Below are positions 24,538 through 40,020 of a stretch of 64,000 bases of DNA, in pieces. The translations under genes were made by a program, and so were the position numbers. The notes beneath the pieces were generated by a model. It was not told the DNA's origin. It made no database searches and saw nothing but the letters and a program-made list of their open reading frames with translations. The DNA lies in assembly GCF_009914755.1 (NCBI RefSeq), contig NC_060926.1; one strand, 5' to 3'. Origin of the DNA: the human T2T-CHM13v2.0 reference genome, Homo sapiens. The stretch's first letter is position 1, and every line of letters starts with the position of its first letter.

Positions 24538-27500
24538 GCCTCAGATTATTAAGCCGTGTATAGCTGATCCATTATTTTAAGTTTACAGACAACCATATTT
24601 TGCAGTGCACATATTAGTATGATTACACATGAGTTTTTGGGTGCATGCAAATATTATATTAATGGATTTGGACATCAATCCTATTTTGGCAGGCATCCAG
24701 ATTTCAAAATATTCTGTTACATCCTGACTTTCATTCAATCAAAATTGAATAGTAAAATTCTTTACTGTTCTACTCTGTAAGAAGTCAGGCTAAAAGTAAA
24801 CTTTGGCTAATTCTCACCAAGAGTTGAATTAGCTGCTGAATATGTTGCATATTGTTTTCAATGCAATGTACTTCCCAAGGTAATCAGCATGAGAAAGAGG
24901 ATATTTAAAGGAAAGACAGATGGGATTTATAGAAATATGTCAGGGGGTGAGATTTCAGTCAATGTAGCAGGAGAGTGTGCTTGGCAGTGGAGCCACCAAG
25001 AACCCAGGGTGCATGTCCCTACTGTTATGGGGAGGGGCATGGAATTGGATTAAACATAAGTCAAAAGACTTTTTCACAAATTTTTTCTACACCTTTTTCT
25101 GTGTAACCTTTAAACACACATGTATGCTCCACTTATTAAAATCATCTCCATATATTTTCATACTTGCTAAGTGACTTGTGTGTCCTAACCAAGTTCATGT
25201 ATGACTAACATTAGAATGGGGGCCATATACTAAGACATACATCAACCAAAAAAAGGTTGGAGGTTTTTCCATCTGAAGACTTGTGCAAGGTCCAAAAAGA
25301 AGCCAGATAAATGATAAAGGGACTGTAAACTTCTTCATAAACTTATATCCTTATGGATAGTTAGAATTGTTCTTGCTCTAGTGAATGCTGTCCTGCCTTG
25401 AGAAGTTGTGGAGTTTAGTATTGATTATTCCCAGCATACTCTTGTTTTAAAGTTTTTATTGACCTGATCCACAAGTTTTCTGGCAATAACCAATCTCTGT
25501 TTATTTGTCCCTATCTAATAGCACCTGTTCTCTAAGGCTTTTAAAATTAGCACTTACCTTCTTTCTACACGGTAGACATTCTTATCATTGACTACATATT
25601 AACTCAAGGAATGGTTGTCGTTTTCAGTATAGTAGAGAAGGCTGGGAAGTAGGTTCGGTGGGGAGACTGGGGCACTGAAAAGAAAGCTCTTCTATTGTAG
25701 ATTTATGTTTGTTAAGCTTTCCTAAATTCTTAGAATCTCAGGCATATCCATTTGTAATGGTAAATGTGTCATCCACTGCCAGGCTAAATACAGAAAACTC
25801 ACTTTTATCCAAAACTGATAAAATAAATATTTTGAATTGTTCTGTTCTGTAATTGATGTGAACAGTATTCTTTTAATGTCTTCCACAAAATAAAAAAATT
25901 TTTTTTCTAAGTTTTTCATGCCATAGTTTATTTAAAAGTTATTAAAATATTCTATAACATTTTTGGAATTGCCAAATGATTTTCAAATTTAATTACATTT
26001 TGGGGAGAGGCAACGTGATGTAAGACTGAGAACAAGGTCAAACAGATTTCAGATTGATTCCTTCCTCTGCCATTTACTAGGCAATTTATAATCCCACTAA
26101 AATCATTCTTTCATCTTGAAAAGGGAGAGGATGATGAGAATGTTGCAATAATTAGAGAATCTATGTGAATGAGTTTTTATTGCATCTGGCTCAAGCTTGA
26201 AACCTAGTAAGTATTTTCATTCTTAATGCTATCGTGCTTCTAGATCATCTCAGAAGGATATTTTCTTCTTTTACAAAAGTAAATTTGCACTTATGTGAAT
26301 GAAAATGCTGAATATGTGTGTGTACACCATTATCAAATATATACACACTATACACACACATATATATATATTTATGATCTAAATGCTATGGATCTTTTAT
26401 AGGTAGATTATTATAGGGCGTTAGATGAAAATGAATTCGTGACAACTTGACTGATTTCTACTATTTTTAGATGAAGAGTCTATTTTCACAAAAGACTTAG
26501 AGTCTTGTTTGATATGTTCATGGTTTAATATTCTCTTTCCAGAAGTTTGGTGCCCAGGAATGATTTACTTAGAAATTCTTTGCATACGGGAACAGGTGAT
26601 ATTATTTAGTTGAAATTTAAGAAAAGTTAGTTGAGTGCATAATCAAAACCGACTTTACATTTGGGAATGTTCTCCAGCCAAGCTATGTATTATCTAACTT
26701 TAATATTATTGTAATTCGTCATGCTTACTGGTTTTCTCAGGTCAAGACAAAATAACTATGTATCAGATTATAAAAGATAGCAAATGAAGAAAAGGGAGGA
26801 TAAAAGCTATTTTTATTATTCTTATCCCCACTCTCTTTTTGATATGTAAATGAAGATTCAGTTTCTTATTCCATCTGAGAAAGTCTGCTCTGAAAACAGA
26901 AATGTGACAAATCTGTATTACGTAATCAAGAACTTGAGTGGCAGGCTGCCCTGTGATTTATTTTCAAATAATGGACCAGAGAGACCACTTGAAGTTGCAT
27001 TAATAATGCTTGTACAGGGAGAAATAGGCCTTTCTTGTTATTGGAACATGGGTTTACTTTTGGCAAGAGTTGAGTAAGTGAAAACTCTGATATTCATACT
27101 TACATTAATCACATCTCACCTCCAGGAATGGTTTTAATGTAAGTTAATCAATGCAAAACATGGCTCTTTTTTTTCACTTCACATGTTTTAAAACAAGTAC
27201 TAGAAGTCTTTCATAAAGCAATCCTTTAAATCAATGTGTCACAAATTTGCATTGATAATTCTTCTCTCTTAGACACAGAATAGAAGATGAGGAACTGAGA
27301 CAATGTTTGAATAGAGGTAAAAATATATCTTTTTGAGAGGAAAAAAAACTGAAATCCATGAAGGATTCCTCAAATTTAGAATAGGTCATTTGTCTGGCAA
27401 AATTAGTCTATAATTTAAATTTCCTAGGATCTATGAAATTATGAATAGATTTTCTATCTACCTCACTAGCTTTTAGGGACTTCAAGGGAAAAGACGATAC

Positions 27501-27846
27501 GTTTCACCTGTATGTACTTTTTTAGAGTACTATAAAACATAAGTGGTCCAATAAATAAAGTGAACATATTTTGAAGCCAAACCCAACATCTTCATCAGGG
27601 TTATTTCTTTTTTTCTGATCTTAGGAATTGTGTGTACCCTACTTCTTGACACCCATAGTGAGAGTGATAGGCATGTGTGAATTGAACCAGAAGTTGAAAT
27701 GAAAGAAACTCCCCTCCCTCACATTTATGAAGGTTGCTTATAATTGCTCCAAAATGAGATTTGCTCAACTTTAGGCCACTGTGGCATGATGAGTGGCTCA
27801 TTATTACACATTTCTATTTGCTCAGCGTCAGTATCTCTGCACTCTA

Positions 27847-28311
<465 letters not shown>

Positions 28312-29046
28312 AAGAATAGTTGGATATTGGTAGCAGCATTGCCTTTCTAAATTATTTCCTTCAAATAGCCATGACATGAATGATAAATGATGATAACATT
28401 CAGAGAAACTGTTGTTTCCTAAATGTCACACCTTTGTATTCAAATCAGGAAACAGACAATGGAGAGGTGAAGTGACTTGTCTAAGGTCACACTGTTGTTT
28501 AGAATTAGAAGCAGTACTTGATTCTGGGTCTCTTTCCATCTAGCCATTCCCAGATTCAGCTGCTGGTACAAAGCCTTTGGTGGTGTCATGGTAGCACATC
28601 TGCCTTCCTTGCCACTTAAGTATAACCTTAAAAAAAAAAAACAAAAAAAAAACAAGTTTTAAAATGCTTTGTGTCCATAGGCAAGGCTCATTTGACATTT
28701 CTTGATTTCTCCTTTGTGATGTGCTAGTTCTAGGTCAGTGGTCCTTAGACTTTTGGCACCTGGCCACCAGACATCACAGAAGTGCATATGCATCTTCTGT
28801 ACTTTGCCATGGCAAGAGGTTACACGCAAAGCCATAATGCCATTCTGAACGTAAACTGTGAAATTCACTACTCCAGTGAAATGGCAGTGCCACCACTACA
28901 CAAACAGAGTTGACTTTCTCAAGCTTCCCCTCTTACACTCAGCATGAATAAGCAACTGCTGATATCTACACACAGCATCTGAAATTGCAACTCCCAGCAA
29001 TGTAGTAGCAATTGGGTGAATCCCTCCTAAAGGAGAGATGCTCTTA

Positions 29047-29391
<345 letters not shown>

Positions 29392-32300
29392 TTATATGCT
29401 AAATAAATAAGTCCATGAGGATAATTTTTCAGACACATGTAATTATTTTTAGTGGATAGACCCAGGGATTTCTACTCATTTAACCTGACGTTAAACCCTA
29501 GAACCTTGACATACTAGTTTGAGCAACTTACCCAGCCTCTCTGTATCTGATGCTTCATCTGAAAATGAATTGATGTTTATTTTGCAGAACTGTTGTGAGG
29601 ATCAGCAATGAAATAGGTTTACTATCCAAGAGGTGCTGAAAAATGGTGGTGCTTATTATTTGGTTATTAATATGTGTTGGGTTGTTATACCGGACATAGA
29701 CAGAGCGATGGAAAATCAAACTATGTTGGATGTTGAAGTTCCCAGAAGTTGGAAACACAGCTTTAAAGCACCTTTTGTCATTGTTTGACATTGGAAGCTT
29801 AAGGGCATCTTTAATATTGAGCTCCTGTTTTGGTTGGTATGCAGATTATATAGAGTCCTCCTGACTCCAAAGCAAACATGGATTGGGAGTTGGTTAAGAA
29901 GCTGCATGGCATCCATTTTTATATTTCTTATCACGCAGAGAAGTTGACAAAGTTTATATTTTGAAAATGGAAAACTGAATATGCATTTACTTTTCTGAAT
30001 TTGTTTTTTTTCCCTTCCCCATCCCCATGGTTAAATTCCGTCTCATGCTTATAATGTATTCTGCATTTGGACTGCAGCTTCGTTCCTTCTCAGAGCTACA
30101 GTTCTTGAGCTGTAACAGCGAATCCAAAAAAACTAATATGGAATCACAGATGGTGAAAATATTTGAAAATAGATAAATACAATCTAGGATTAGCTGCTTG
30201 GACTCAGAAATGTCAGCTTCACATTGCTTATTGGTCACACAAGGCAATTTTAGTTAAGGAAAACACAGGACAAAGCCATCATGATATAAAATTGCTGGTT
30301 TGAAGATGTGCAGCATAACAAGCCCATAATTGTTATGTAAACCTCAAAATGAGTCATTCTGTAACAAGAAAAAGGTATTTTAGAGAGATCACAAAGCACC
30401 AACAGGTTATATAGGGCTAAAAAATTAAGCAGATACCATAACTCGTTCCTGTTGTACAGTACCATCTGCTGACTTCCATTTACAGCCAATTTTTAAGGAG
30501 AAAATATCTGTTCTAATGGGTATGCTTTAGGTAGGCACATATTAAATGACCTGAGCATGAGATGCAACAGTCAAATTGCCAGCGTAAAATCTGCAGATGG
30601 TAATTATTAGTAACATGCACTGTGGGCTCATAGTTCTGACTCTGAGAGTCTTAAATAATAGAATCCCATTTTCTCTCCATTATCCCCCTTTAAGATGTAC
30701 ATATATTCTGAAGGAATCTTACAACCGACTATGTGATTAAGTTATCTGGTTTACTGATAAGGCAGTTGAGAACGATAAAGGCTGATTTGCTCAAAATCAT
30801 ACAACTGATCAGTTTGGTACAGTAGAAAGAAGAGTTCCTCCCACCTAGGTTAAGAGTTGGTAGAAGGAGCCTCACTCAATTATCAGAATCATAGAAATAA
30901 CTTTGGATTGTCTGTGATGATGTCGATAAAGAAAAAATTGATGAGAATGTAAGTGGAAAGGTTCCAGCTGGTTTAGGATTTTATTTTTATTTTTGGTAGC
31001 AGGTTTAATAAGAAGATGTATTGTATAGATTCTATCTGAAAGCAATAAGGTTAACTATCATGGTTTGTGTAAAGTCTAGGTTTTCTGCAGTATCTCATTT
31101 TCCTGATGAAGTAGAAGAGAGTAGGAAGACCCGTTCCAGATCAGACATGAAGATCTATAAGACAGTATTGATCGCTTTCAATGTACATGTTTCCAAATGA
31201 GAAAATGTGGTTCTCGTATAAGTATGTAGTGAATATTTGTCAATAATTTAACTTATTAAAGGAGCCATCAAGATGGTAAAGTTGGTTCAAACAGTATTTG
31301 AGGAAGAGAGATTTATATAGTCTGAAAAGGAATGGCTTACAAAGTTTCCAAAATTAAATACAAAACTGGTTAATATTCAGGCCATAACTTTTGTGTTTGT
31401 CTTTGATAGCAGACAGAAATTTTTGGGTACTTATATATTTTCTATAATTAACATCTAACTTTATAGACTGTGGGCCTATGTAATAGCAAATAGTAAGAGA
31501 AAATAGGGTACATTCCCCTAAAATTCTATAATCATATGTCGGCTGATTAGATAGTGCCCCAGTTTGACATTGAAAAGATGAATGTATAGTTATACTTGTT
31601 TTTATTTACAGTTCTCGAATTGTTTTCTTAACATTCCCAAGCTCAGAAAAATTGTGCAATCTGGGCCTACACTTGATGTCACAGCCAACTTCTTAAGTCA
31701 TGTTATTAAAGTTTTCTGTAAACCCTGTGGAGCTTCCAGTGTCAGATTTGATTCACCAGCAGTGAGGTCCTGGAATGCAGCCAGTCAGCCAACATTGCTT
31801 GTCGGGTTTGTCCCAAGAAATTGATGCAGGTGTCTATGAAGGCTAGAGGAGAACAATTTGGTAGTCTCAAATAGCTTTTCTTTGGAGAAGATGAGATAGG
31901 ATAATTGCACACAAGGAAGTGAGAAACCATTCTTGAAGGATTTAGCAAAATGAGATTCGGATCAAGCTGCATGGTGGTAGTTGTTCCTGGAGATGGCTAC
32001 TTTTAGAAACTGCCCTTAGGGAGAAGAGAGATTAACTACCAACATGGTGTGATTTAAGGCATATCATAAATTTTCATTCCCTTGTGACTCGCATCTGTGA
32101 CTGTCAGTGCTCTGAAAAATAGCTCTTCTCATTCATCTGTGTAGCTCTGGATTCCACCATGACTTCCTTTGTTCCTTTAACTTCTGGCTGGGCAGGGGAT
32201 ATTAACAATTTATGTCTAACTTGTATCATTTCCTGCTCCGTGATTGCTTGGTATGCTCTGTCTTGAGAACCCATATTTGGGGGCCAGAGAAGATGAAGGT

Positions 32301-32572
32301 CTTATGAATTTAAGAGGGGTGGGGGAACAGGAAGAAATAAACATATGAATGGGATTGGGAACCTCAAGAGAGAATCACCACTTGCACATGGGGCAAGCTA
32401 CTTCCCTTCCCTTGCCCTTTCCTACCAGTGTTAAAAACAAAAAAATAAGTTTACATGAGTACTTCTGTGCAGTGTAAAAAGGGGTTCAATGAATAATTTG
32501 GAGTTTAAAAAACTTATTGAATAATTGAACCTTAGTTTCCTAAAATATCTTTTACTTTCTCACAGAAAAGAC

Positions 32573-32948
32573 CAGCGCTATTCAATAGTACATACTGGAA
32601 AGATGAAAATGTTCTGTATTGGTGTTTTCCAATATGATAACCACCAGCTACACATGGCTATCATGTTTAAACACTTGAATTGTGACAGTGACACTGAAGA
32701 ATTGTATTTTTAATTGTACTTAATTTTAATTAATTTAAGCTTAAGTAGCTGTATGTGGCTAGGGCTACTATATATTAGAGAATCAGTTTTAGAACACTAT
32801 CCAAACTTTAATGTGGGTATGAATCACTTGGGGATATTGCTGAAAAGCAGATTCTAGTCCAGTGAATGTGAGCTGGGGTCCAAGATTCTGCATTTATAGC
32901 AGGTGCCCAGATGATGCCTAGTCTGTGGACCACACTCTGAGAAGTAAG
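32573..32948. mobile_element. Adjacent MER3-like and MER5-like hAT-Charlie relics
   Basis: CAGCGCTATTCAATAG...CACATGGCTA...TGTGGCTAG (MER3) followed by GAATCACTTGGGG...AGATTCTGCATTT...GGACCACACTCTGAG (MER5). Confidence 0.7.
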
Positions 32949-33144
32949 GCTTTATTTCTCAAAAGCAAGGATTCTCTAATCCTAATTTATGTCTTTAGCC
33001 AGGCTGACACTTGTCCTAGAGGATGAGTCAGATGAGCCTGTAGCAAAATTACAAAATATGACTTTCAAATTATAAAAGGAAAGAATTTCAGTGACAAAAT
33101 TATTAGTATTTTTATTATTGACAGTAGCTAAAATTTTGTGTCTA

Positions 33145-33272
33145 TACTATTTATATATGTTGTATATTTATATTTTATATATTTTATAAAAAATTTAAAT
33201 ATATTTATATATAAATATATATTTGTTATATATAAACATTTTATATTTATAATATTTATATATTTATATTAT
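33145..33272. repeat. AT-rich low-complexity tract
   Basis: Almost pure A/T run. Confidence 0.85.
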
Positions 33273-33334
33273 GTAATGTAATCAATTGCTTAAATTTTAT
33301 TTAATCCTCACCATAACCTTATGTAATAGATTCC

Positions 33335-35625
33335 ACTTTTATTCCAGTTTTGCAAATGAGGATCTGAGGTTTATTAAAGTTAAGAGACTCCCAAGACTCC
33401 ACAGGTAGTAAATGCAGAAGTTGTCTTTTGATCACATACAGTCATACATATTATAATAACCATCAACTTCTTTCCTGTTATTAAGTGGAGGCCAATGATT
33501 TCCCACTTGCGGCTGATCAATAAATCATATTTGATTCTTTTCTACAAAGGATAATAGTAAGAGCCATACTAGTAGTTGTAGTAGTAATGCTCACTAGAAC
33601 TCTGTGTACAAGTTAGAACTGTCATCCTCACTTCAAAGATGAGGAAATTGAGGTTCAGAGAGGGAACCTCTTTGGTTACATAATTTGATTACGACCACAT
33701 AACTTGTAGGTAGGTGGCAGAACTGGGTTTTGAACCTGGATTGTCTGCCTCTGGAGTCCATGCCCTTGTCTGTTCCAGTAGACAGTTTCTCATGTGTTTG
33801 GTGAGCACCTGCTCCCTTAGGCAATGCACTGTGAGCATGGCTACTGCCTTCTGTATATTCAATTGAAAATGGAGTTTACTTTGAAAATTTTAATCATGTA
33901 TAATTTTATGTCTATCAAAAATATTTTAAGACAAAAAGTCACTCTTTATTGTCCAAAATGTATAATTTAGTTTGTAGCATCTTTGAAGCCAGTTTTTAAA
34001 TTCGTTTGTCATCCATGAAGCTGACTTTTTAATTGTGCATATTTAGTTTTAGATCTTACCTCCACTTTTTTATTAGTGAAGAACTGGTGAGCACTGTAAG
34101 ACATGTACATGTACGTGTGTGTATATGTGTATATATTAATGTAAACTTTACAATTTAGAAAAACTTAAAATTGTCTTCCTTGTCTCCCGTAATGAACTTG
34201 AACGACAAATTGGCTTCATCATTTTATGAAAGAGAAGGTGAATGCTTTGCTCCCGGTTTTTCAGTAACCTAAGCATCTGATTTAAGCCTTATTTTTCAGA
34301 GGTCTTTGTCATTTTGTTTAGTTCGGCAGTCGGTGCTAACGGAGTCTATTTTTTTCACTTCCAATTTTAAATAAAACACACAATCTTCTTTAATTTCTGA
34401 ATAACATATTCATGTAGTTCAAACATCAAATATTACACAAATATATACAGTGGAACGTCTCCTTCCCAGAGTTGTTCCCCAGCTGTGCAGCTCCTCATTC
34501 TGTCATTCTTTTGATAGGTAATCACTAATATTATTTTCATTTCTTTCTTCCAGAGAAATGTTTGTAGTTTCAAGCTAGTCTAGACACATTCTTTACCTCT
34601 CCTTTTATAAAAATGTTAGCAGACATGTTTATTTTGAAGTGTATAACATTGCTTTTGTTTTGTTTTGTTTTTGTTTTTGTTTGTTTGTTTGTTTGTTTGT
34701 TTGAGACAGAGTCTTGCTCTGTGGCCCAGGCTGGAGTACAGTGGCGCGATCTCTGCTCGCTGCAAGCTCCGCCTGCCAGGTTCATGCCATTCTCCTGCCT
34801 CAGCCTCCTGAGTACCTGGGACTACAGGTGCCCGCCACCACGCCCGGCTAACTTTTTGTATTTTTAGTAGAGACGGGGATTCACTGTGTTAGCCAGGATG
34901 ATCTCGATCTCCTGACCTCGTGATCCACCTGCCTCGGCCTCCCAAAGTGACATTGCTTTTTTTTGATAAAAACCTTGATATTATCAAAATAGACCCTCTA
35001 AAAGTTGGCTTCTTTAAAAAATGTTCCTCCTTTTTTCATGATGAATTAGATATTATGTGCCTCATAATCTGATAAGTGATAGCCAGTCTTGGTGCAGGTG
35101 TGTTTACTGTGCCCTTGCCTACAAACAGAAGGGAAGAGCCATGCTCTCCACACATTGCCTGACAAAGAGTAGGTGCTCATTAAACACCTGAGACACTGTC
35201 TACCGGAGTAGACAAGGGCATGGACTCTAGGGGCAGACAATCCAGGTTCAAAGCCCGGTTCTGCCACCTAGAAGTTATGTGGCCCTAGTCAAATTACTTT
35301 CCTTCTCTGAACCACAGTTTCCTCATCTTTAAAATGAGAACAACAAACTAACTTGCACACAGTGTTCTAATGAGCATTATTACTACCACGACTACTATGA
35401 ATACCACTACTGTCATCTGTGGAGGAGAGTGGCTACTTTACTGGTCACCCACAATCAGCAAATCATTGGCCTCTATTTAATAAAGAAAATAAATTGATGG
35501 TTATTATGATATGTATGATTGCATGTAACCTAAAGATAACTACTGCATTTATTAGCTGTTCTGTTTTGGGTATCCCTTAACCTCTCTGAACCTCAGCTCC
35601 CAATTAGCAAAACTGGAATAAAAGT
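33335..35625. repeat. Old inverted duplication: arms 33335-33854 and 35125-35625, ~1.27 kb spacer
   Basis: The reverse complement of the left arm is collinear with the right arm through both MIR-derived and intervening non-MIR sequence (e.g. AAATCATTGGCCTC, TTGATGGTTATTAT.ATATGTATGA, AGACAAGGGCATGGACTC, GGCAGACAATCCAGGTTCAAA). Confidence 0.9.
34657..34949 (-). mobile_element. AluY, ~35 nt 5'-truncated, with (TTTG)n tail
   Basis: GCAAGCTCCGCC, CCATTCTCC, GTTAGCCAGGATG diagnostics; TSD ACATTGCTTTT on both sides. Confidence 0.95.
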
Positions 35626-35708
35626 ATTTGATATGTTGGCATCCACTTCAATGCTATATCTGTGCATGTGTGTATGAATATGTATGTATATATACATTTA
35701 TTTATATA

Positions 35709-35903
35709 CATGCTTTCCAACTTAGGATGAGGTTAGGTCCTGACATAACCATTGTAAATCAAAAATATCATCGGGTCAAAAATGCATCATAAATTGAAAC
35801 TATCATAAGTTCCTCTACCTATTATGGGATTGTGGTTTCTACTGGATGTGTATGGCTTTCACACCATGGTGAAGCCAAACCATCATAATCGAGGGACCAT
35901 CTA
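35709..35903 (+). mobile_element. MER47/Tigger5-type DNA transposon relic
   Basis: Degenerate TIRs CATGCTTTCCAACTTAGGATG... and ...CCATCATAATCGAGGGACCATCT. Confidence 0.6.
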
Positions 35904-38239
35904 GATAGCATTGGTCTACATATGTTAATGGGGATCTTAACAAATTAAAAGTAGAAAAGCTTCCTCCTTATCCCCAGCATTAGACTCAAGTATGTATCCC
36001 AGCTTTTGCAGATTATAATAAGTTGAAAATAATGAATGAGCCTTTCCTAGTAGATGGGTAAAAGAAAAGGGCTATTATTGAAATATTCTGAAACACAATT
36101 CTATACCTTATAAGATATTCATGTTAAGGAAACAATAAAATAATATTTAGAAATTTTAATGTAGAATTGAACAAATTCCCTCTATTTTCTTTTATAATAA
36201 GAAAGATTATATTCCTGGATGTTTGAATGACACTGTGAAGTCTAAAGGCTAGTAATGGACATAATCCCGCATTATTAAAATGTTGTTTCTGTATTATTAT
36301 TAAAAAATATAGAGACTCTCAATACATGATAATGAATACGTGGTGTGCTTACGTTTTCTTATATACCGTGGGATAAGCATAATTTGAGAAATGAGAGGCA
36401 TTTCTTTAAACAATAGACTGTGCTTTATTCACCTGTCTTAGTCTAAAAAGGCTATATGTTGCTGTCAGTCACAGCAAACCACCCTCTCAGTGAATAAGGA
36501 GATAATAGTATTTGAGGTAAGGATAGAAGACCTTAGACTTTGCAGAATTCTTTTATGTTTGCAAAGAAAAATTACCTCGATAAATTATAAGCTTATGGAT
36601 TTTTGTGTCCTTAACTCCTCATATATTGAGGAAGCTAAGAATTATTCTAAACTTGGCAAATTTATTTGGTCAAAATATTCCTCTCTATTCCATCAAGTAG
36701 TAATGGAATTTAACAAACACACCAGGAAGAAAAATAGCAGCATTGAAATGTTTTATTGATCCGTAAGGATGACCAGCTCTACCAAGACTCGAAACCGTTT
36801 CACAGAAGGAATTTTTAGTTAAACTATTCTTAACAATAGGAAAAACAAGTTATTTCTTTTAAGATTCTGTAGAGATTATAGAGCTTTTTAAAATCAAATA
36901 ACCTCTTTTCTCTGAAAAATTTTAAAGAAAAATCAATTTTTTACAATACACCTGCTGAATTATTGCAGGGCATATTTGGTAGCTGCTAATCTTTTAACAC
37001 AAAGAAGAAACTTGTAGTTGTTAATGCTTCTAGGAAGTCAAGCTGCTGAATGGAAAGTGGTTTTTAGAGTTCAGATTAGGCTTTAATCTTTGATGTCCTG
37101 CTGGGAATATTAGGAGATGTATGGGCATGGTTGAGGAGAGGTACACTGATAGAAATCAACTACGACTTTGATAATTTTTTTCAAGAATCTTATTAAGTAA
37201 CCCAGACAGAAAAGGTACATGAAATGTTACCAGGCAGATTCCTGATTTCATATTATAAATACTGAATATGTATGACTTGAAATAAATTTTAATCAGTCAC
37301 TACTTACATATTCGTACCTAAAATTTGGGTAATGGTACCATTTGATTCTATCATAAGGAATCAAGCCTCTTGTGTGTTATAATCCAGGATCTTTAGGTCA
37401 AACCTCTTCCTTTTGTGAATTAACCTGAAAATCCTGTCAGATCTTCTAATTACGGTGATATAGGGAAGTTTAATAGGAAGTCAGGATTCCCTTGACCTCT
37501 GAGATTTCAGTGTTTGGCGGAGTACCAAGCTCTCTGTTTCACCAGCTACTGCAGAGTCTTATGACATACCCAATGGTTGAATTATAAGTTATGCCCCTGA
37601 ATACATCTAACCATGACATCCTGTCACTAGAAATGTACATATGTATGTAGATACCCAGACTGATGCTCCAAGGAAATGTTTCTAGATTGAAAGGGTGGGA
37701 GTGGGCATGAAAAAATGTCCTTTCTGCTTATTTATCTCAATGTCCATGGAGGTAACTATTTATAATGGAAGGACTGAGGGTAACCCCAAGAACTCTTGAT
37801 TATAATGATGCTCTCTCCCTCCCTCCATGCCTCCCTTCCTCCCTGCCTCCCTCCCTTTCTTAAGCAAAAAAGCAACAGGAAATAAAGAAGTGAATAAAAG
37901 TTGTCTCTTTTCCTAAAAATATACTTTAGGAATTTTACTTAGTATATTTAGGAAAATATACTTAGTAAACACATCTCACCCCTATTTTGATTTACGAATA
38001 AGGACAACTTAAAAACTATCTTCTAATATGAAACACCTTAACACTAAGACCTTGCAAGGTGCATCTGTTCTTTTTATCCTGGAGATTAAAAAATAATTTA
38101 CAGACAAACAGTTTGGGTGTGAAAATACTTAAAATGAACAACTTTCATTATCTTTTAAGAAATCATGACGGAAGTTCTGGTGAATGTCTGTGCTAACCTG
38201 AAGATATTGAGAAAGTATTTTAGGCAGATTCTGTTTTAT

Positions 38240-38740
38240 CTGTTACTTCATATCATATCACTCCCTTATTCGGTGGCTTAAAACAACCATTTTATTTCTC
38301 ATGATTCTGTTGGTCAGGAGTTCAGGTGGCTTGGTGGGCAGTGCTTCTGGTTCAAGTGTGTTGTTTATCTTGACTGCATTCATCCGGTAGCTGGAAGGTC
38401 AGGAAGACTTCACTCATATGTCTTGTATATTGTTGCTTTTTCATATGACCTCTCTTTCTTTCTCCACATGGGTAGTTTGAACTTCTTCATAGCATGGGTC
38501 CTAGCATCTCTTACCAGGAAGTTGCCTTCTAAAAGGGATTATTCCAAGTACCGAGGGAAAAAAACCCCTGCAGATCTCTTAAGAATCAACCTTAGGAGTT
38601 ATGGAGCCTCTTTTCTGCCATATTTCCTTGGTCAAAGCAGGACACAGGAGCAGCCCAAATACAAAAGGAGGAAAAATGAATTTCTTGTTTCCATAAGAGA
38701 AATGGTAAGGACTGTGCAGTCATCTCGGATCCACCACAGA
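38240..38740 (-). mobile_element. Old MaLR LTR (MLT1J/K-like)
   Basis: GTGGCTTAAAACAACCATTTTATT...CATGATTCTG..GGTCAGGA and TTCTGCCATATT...TTGGTCAAAGCA motifs. Confidence 0.7.
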
Positions 38741-39960
38741 CTATCATTGGCTAAAACAACAGAACTGTATCTGGATACAGACATTCACTATAATAGAAGC
38801 ATGTGGATGATTTAAGAACGTTTGAATGTTAAAAATATTATAAGGATAAAAGCGATGTCATGATGTCAGTGCTGTATTCAGCCATAATTTTTCAACACAT
38901 ACCGTTAGCCATAATCTATCAACACATGCAGACAAGTTATAATTTATAGAAAACAGTCTTTCATGTGCAGTGATGCTTAAAAAGATAAGAATTTACATTT
39001 TCACTGTAAAATAGAAATAAATATAAAGCAATCACCTTTATATAGATGTAGTTATAAAATATATTTATTTGAGAATAAATCTAATGTACCGCTTGGTTGA
39101 AAAAGATGGTATATTCCAAATAATCTTTTCGCTTCAGGGAAATTATGACCATCTAGAGTAATTTTGTGTCAAAAATTAAAATATACAGCTAGACTTCTCA
39201 GAAGATGTGTATTTTAAGGAAGGGACAAGTACACAGAAGTTGGTTATTATGGCCACAAAGATACTTTAGTTGTGAGATATAATTACATTAATGAATTCTG
39301 CCACTGTGAAATCCTTGATGTTGTCACATTTCAGGCTGGAAGAAGTAATTGATCTGGGATTGGTGGGATTCCAAAGATTTCACAGAAGAAAGCTTTTTCA
39401 GATGGTTGGGGGAATAATCAGGGAAAACAGTCTTTGGGGTTATCAGGAATATAATATAATTCTCTATGAAATATCTTTTTAAAATTATTCCAGCCCCTCT
39501 TTGGGCATTAACAGTGCATGAAAGTATCCTGTTCTCAGTGATCTAACCTTTTTAAAGGTACTCCAATGCAAAGGACTTTAACGCAAAGTGTAGATACTCC
39601 TTTCTATGGAATATAACCCTAGTCATGACAAGTTTCTCCTTTGTTTACTCCTTGGAATAAGTGAAGGTGATTTAACTCAGAGAGGAAGGTAGGGAAGCTA
39701 TTTCAGAAGGAAGATACCTCCCTAACCTGAGTGATGGGGGTTACCTTTCCTTTGCTTCCCACTCCTCCACATTGCCTGTTTTGCTTAAAATATGACTTCA
39801 TCCCTTTTTCTTCTTTTGTTGTCATGGGATATTGGAATGTAGGAACCAGGATGTCCTGAGTGGTAAACTTAGCTCCACTACCTGAGAAGGACGATGTGGC
39901 ATACACCCACCCCATGGACAACAGGCTGCTGGGACTCCTTTTTGGAAACATGAAATATTT

Positions 39961-40020
39961 ACACGCACACACACACACACACGTACGTGCATGCGCACAC
40001 ATGCACACAGAGGCACGCAC
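39961..40020. repeat. (CA)n/(CG) alternating purine-pyrimidine microsatellite
   Basis: Direct reading. Confidence 0.9.
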
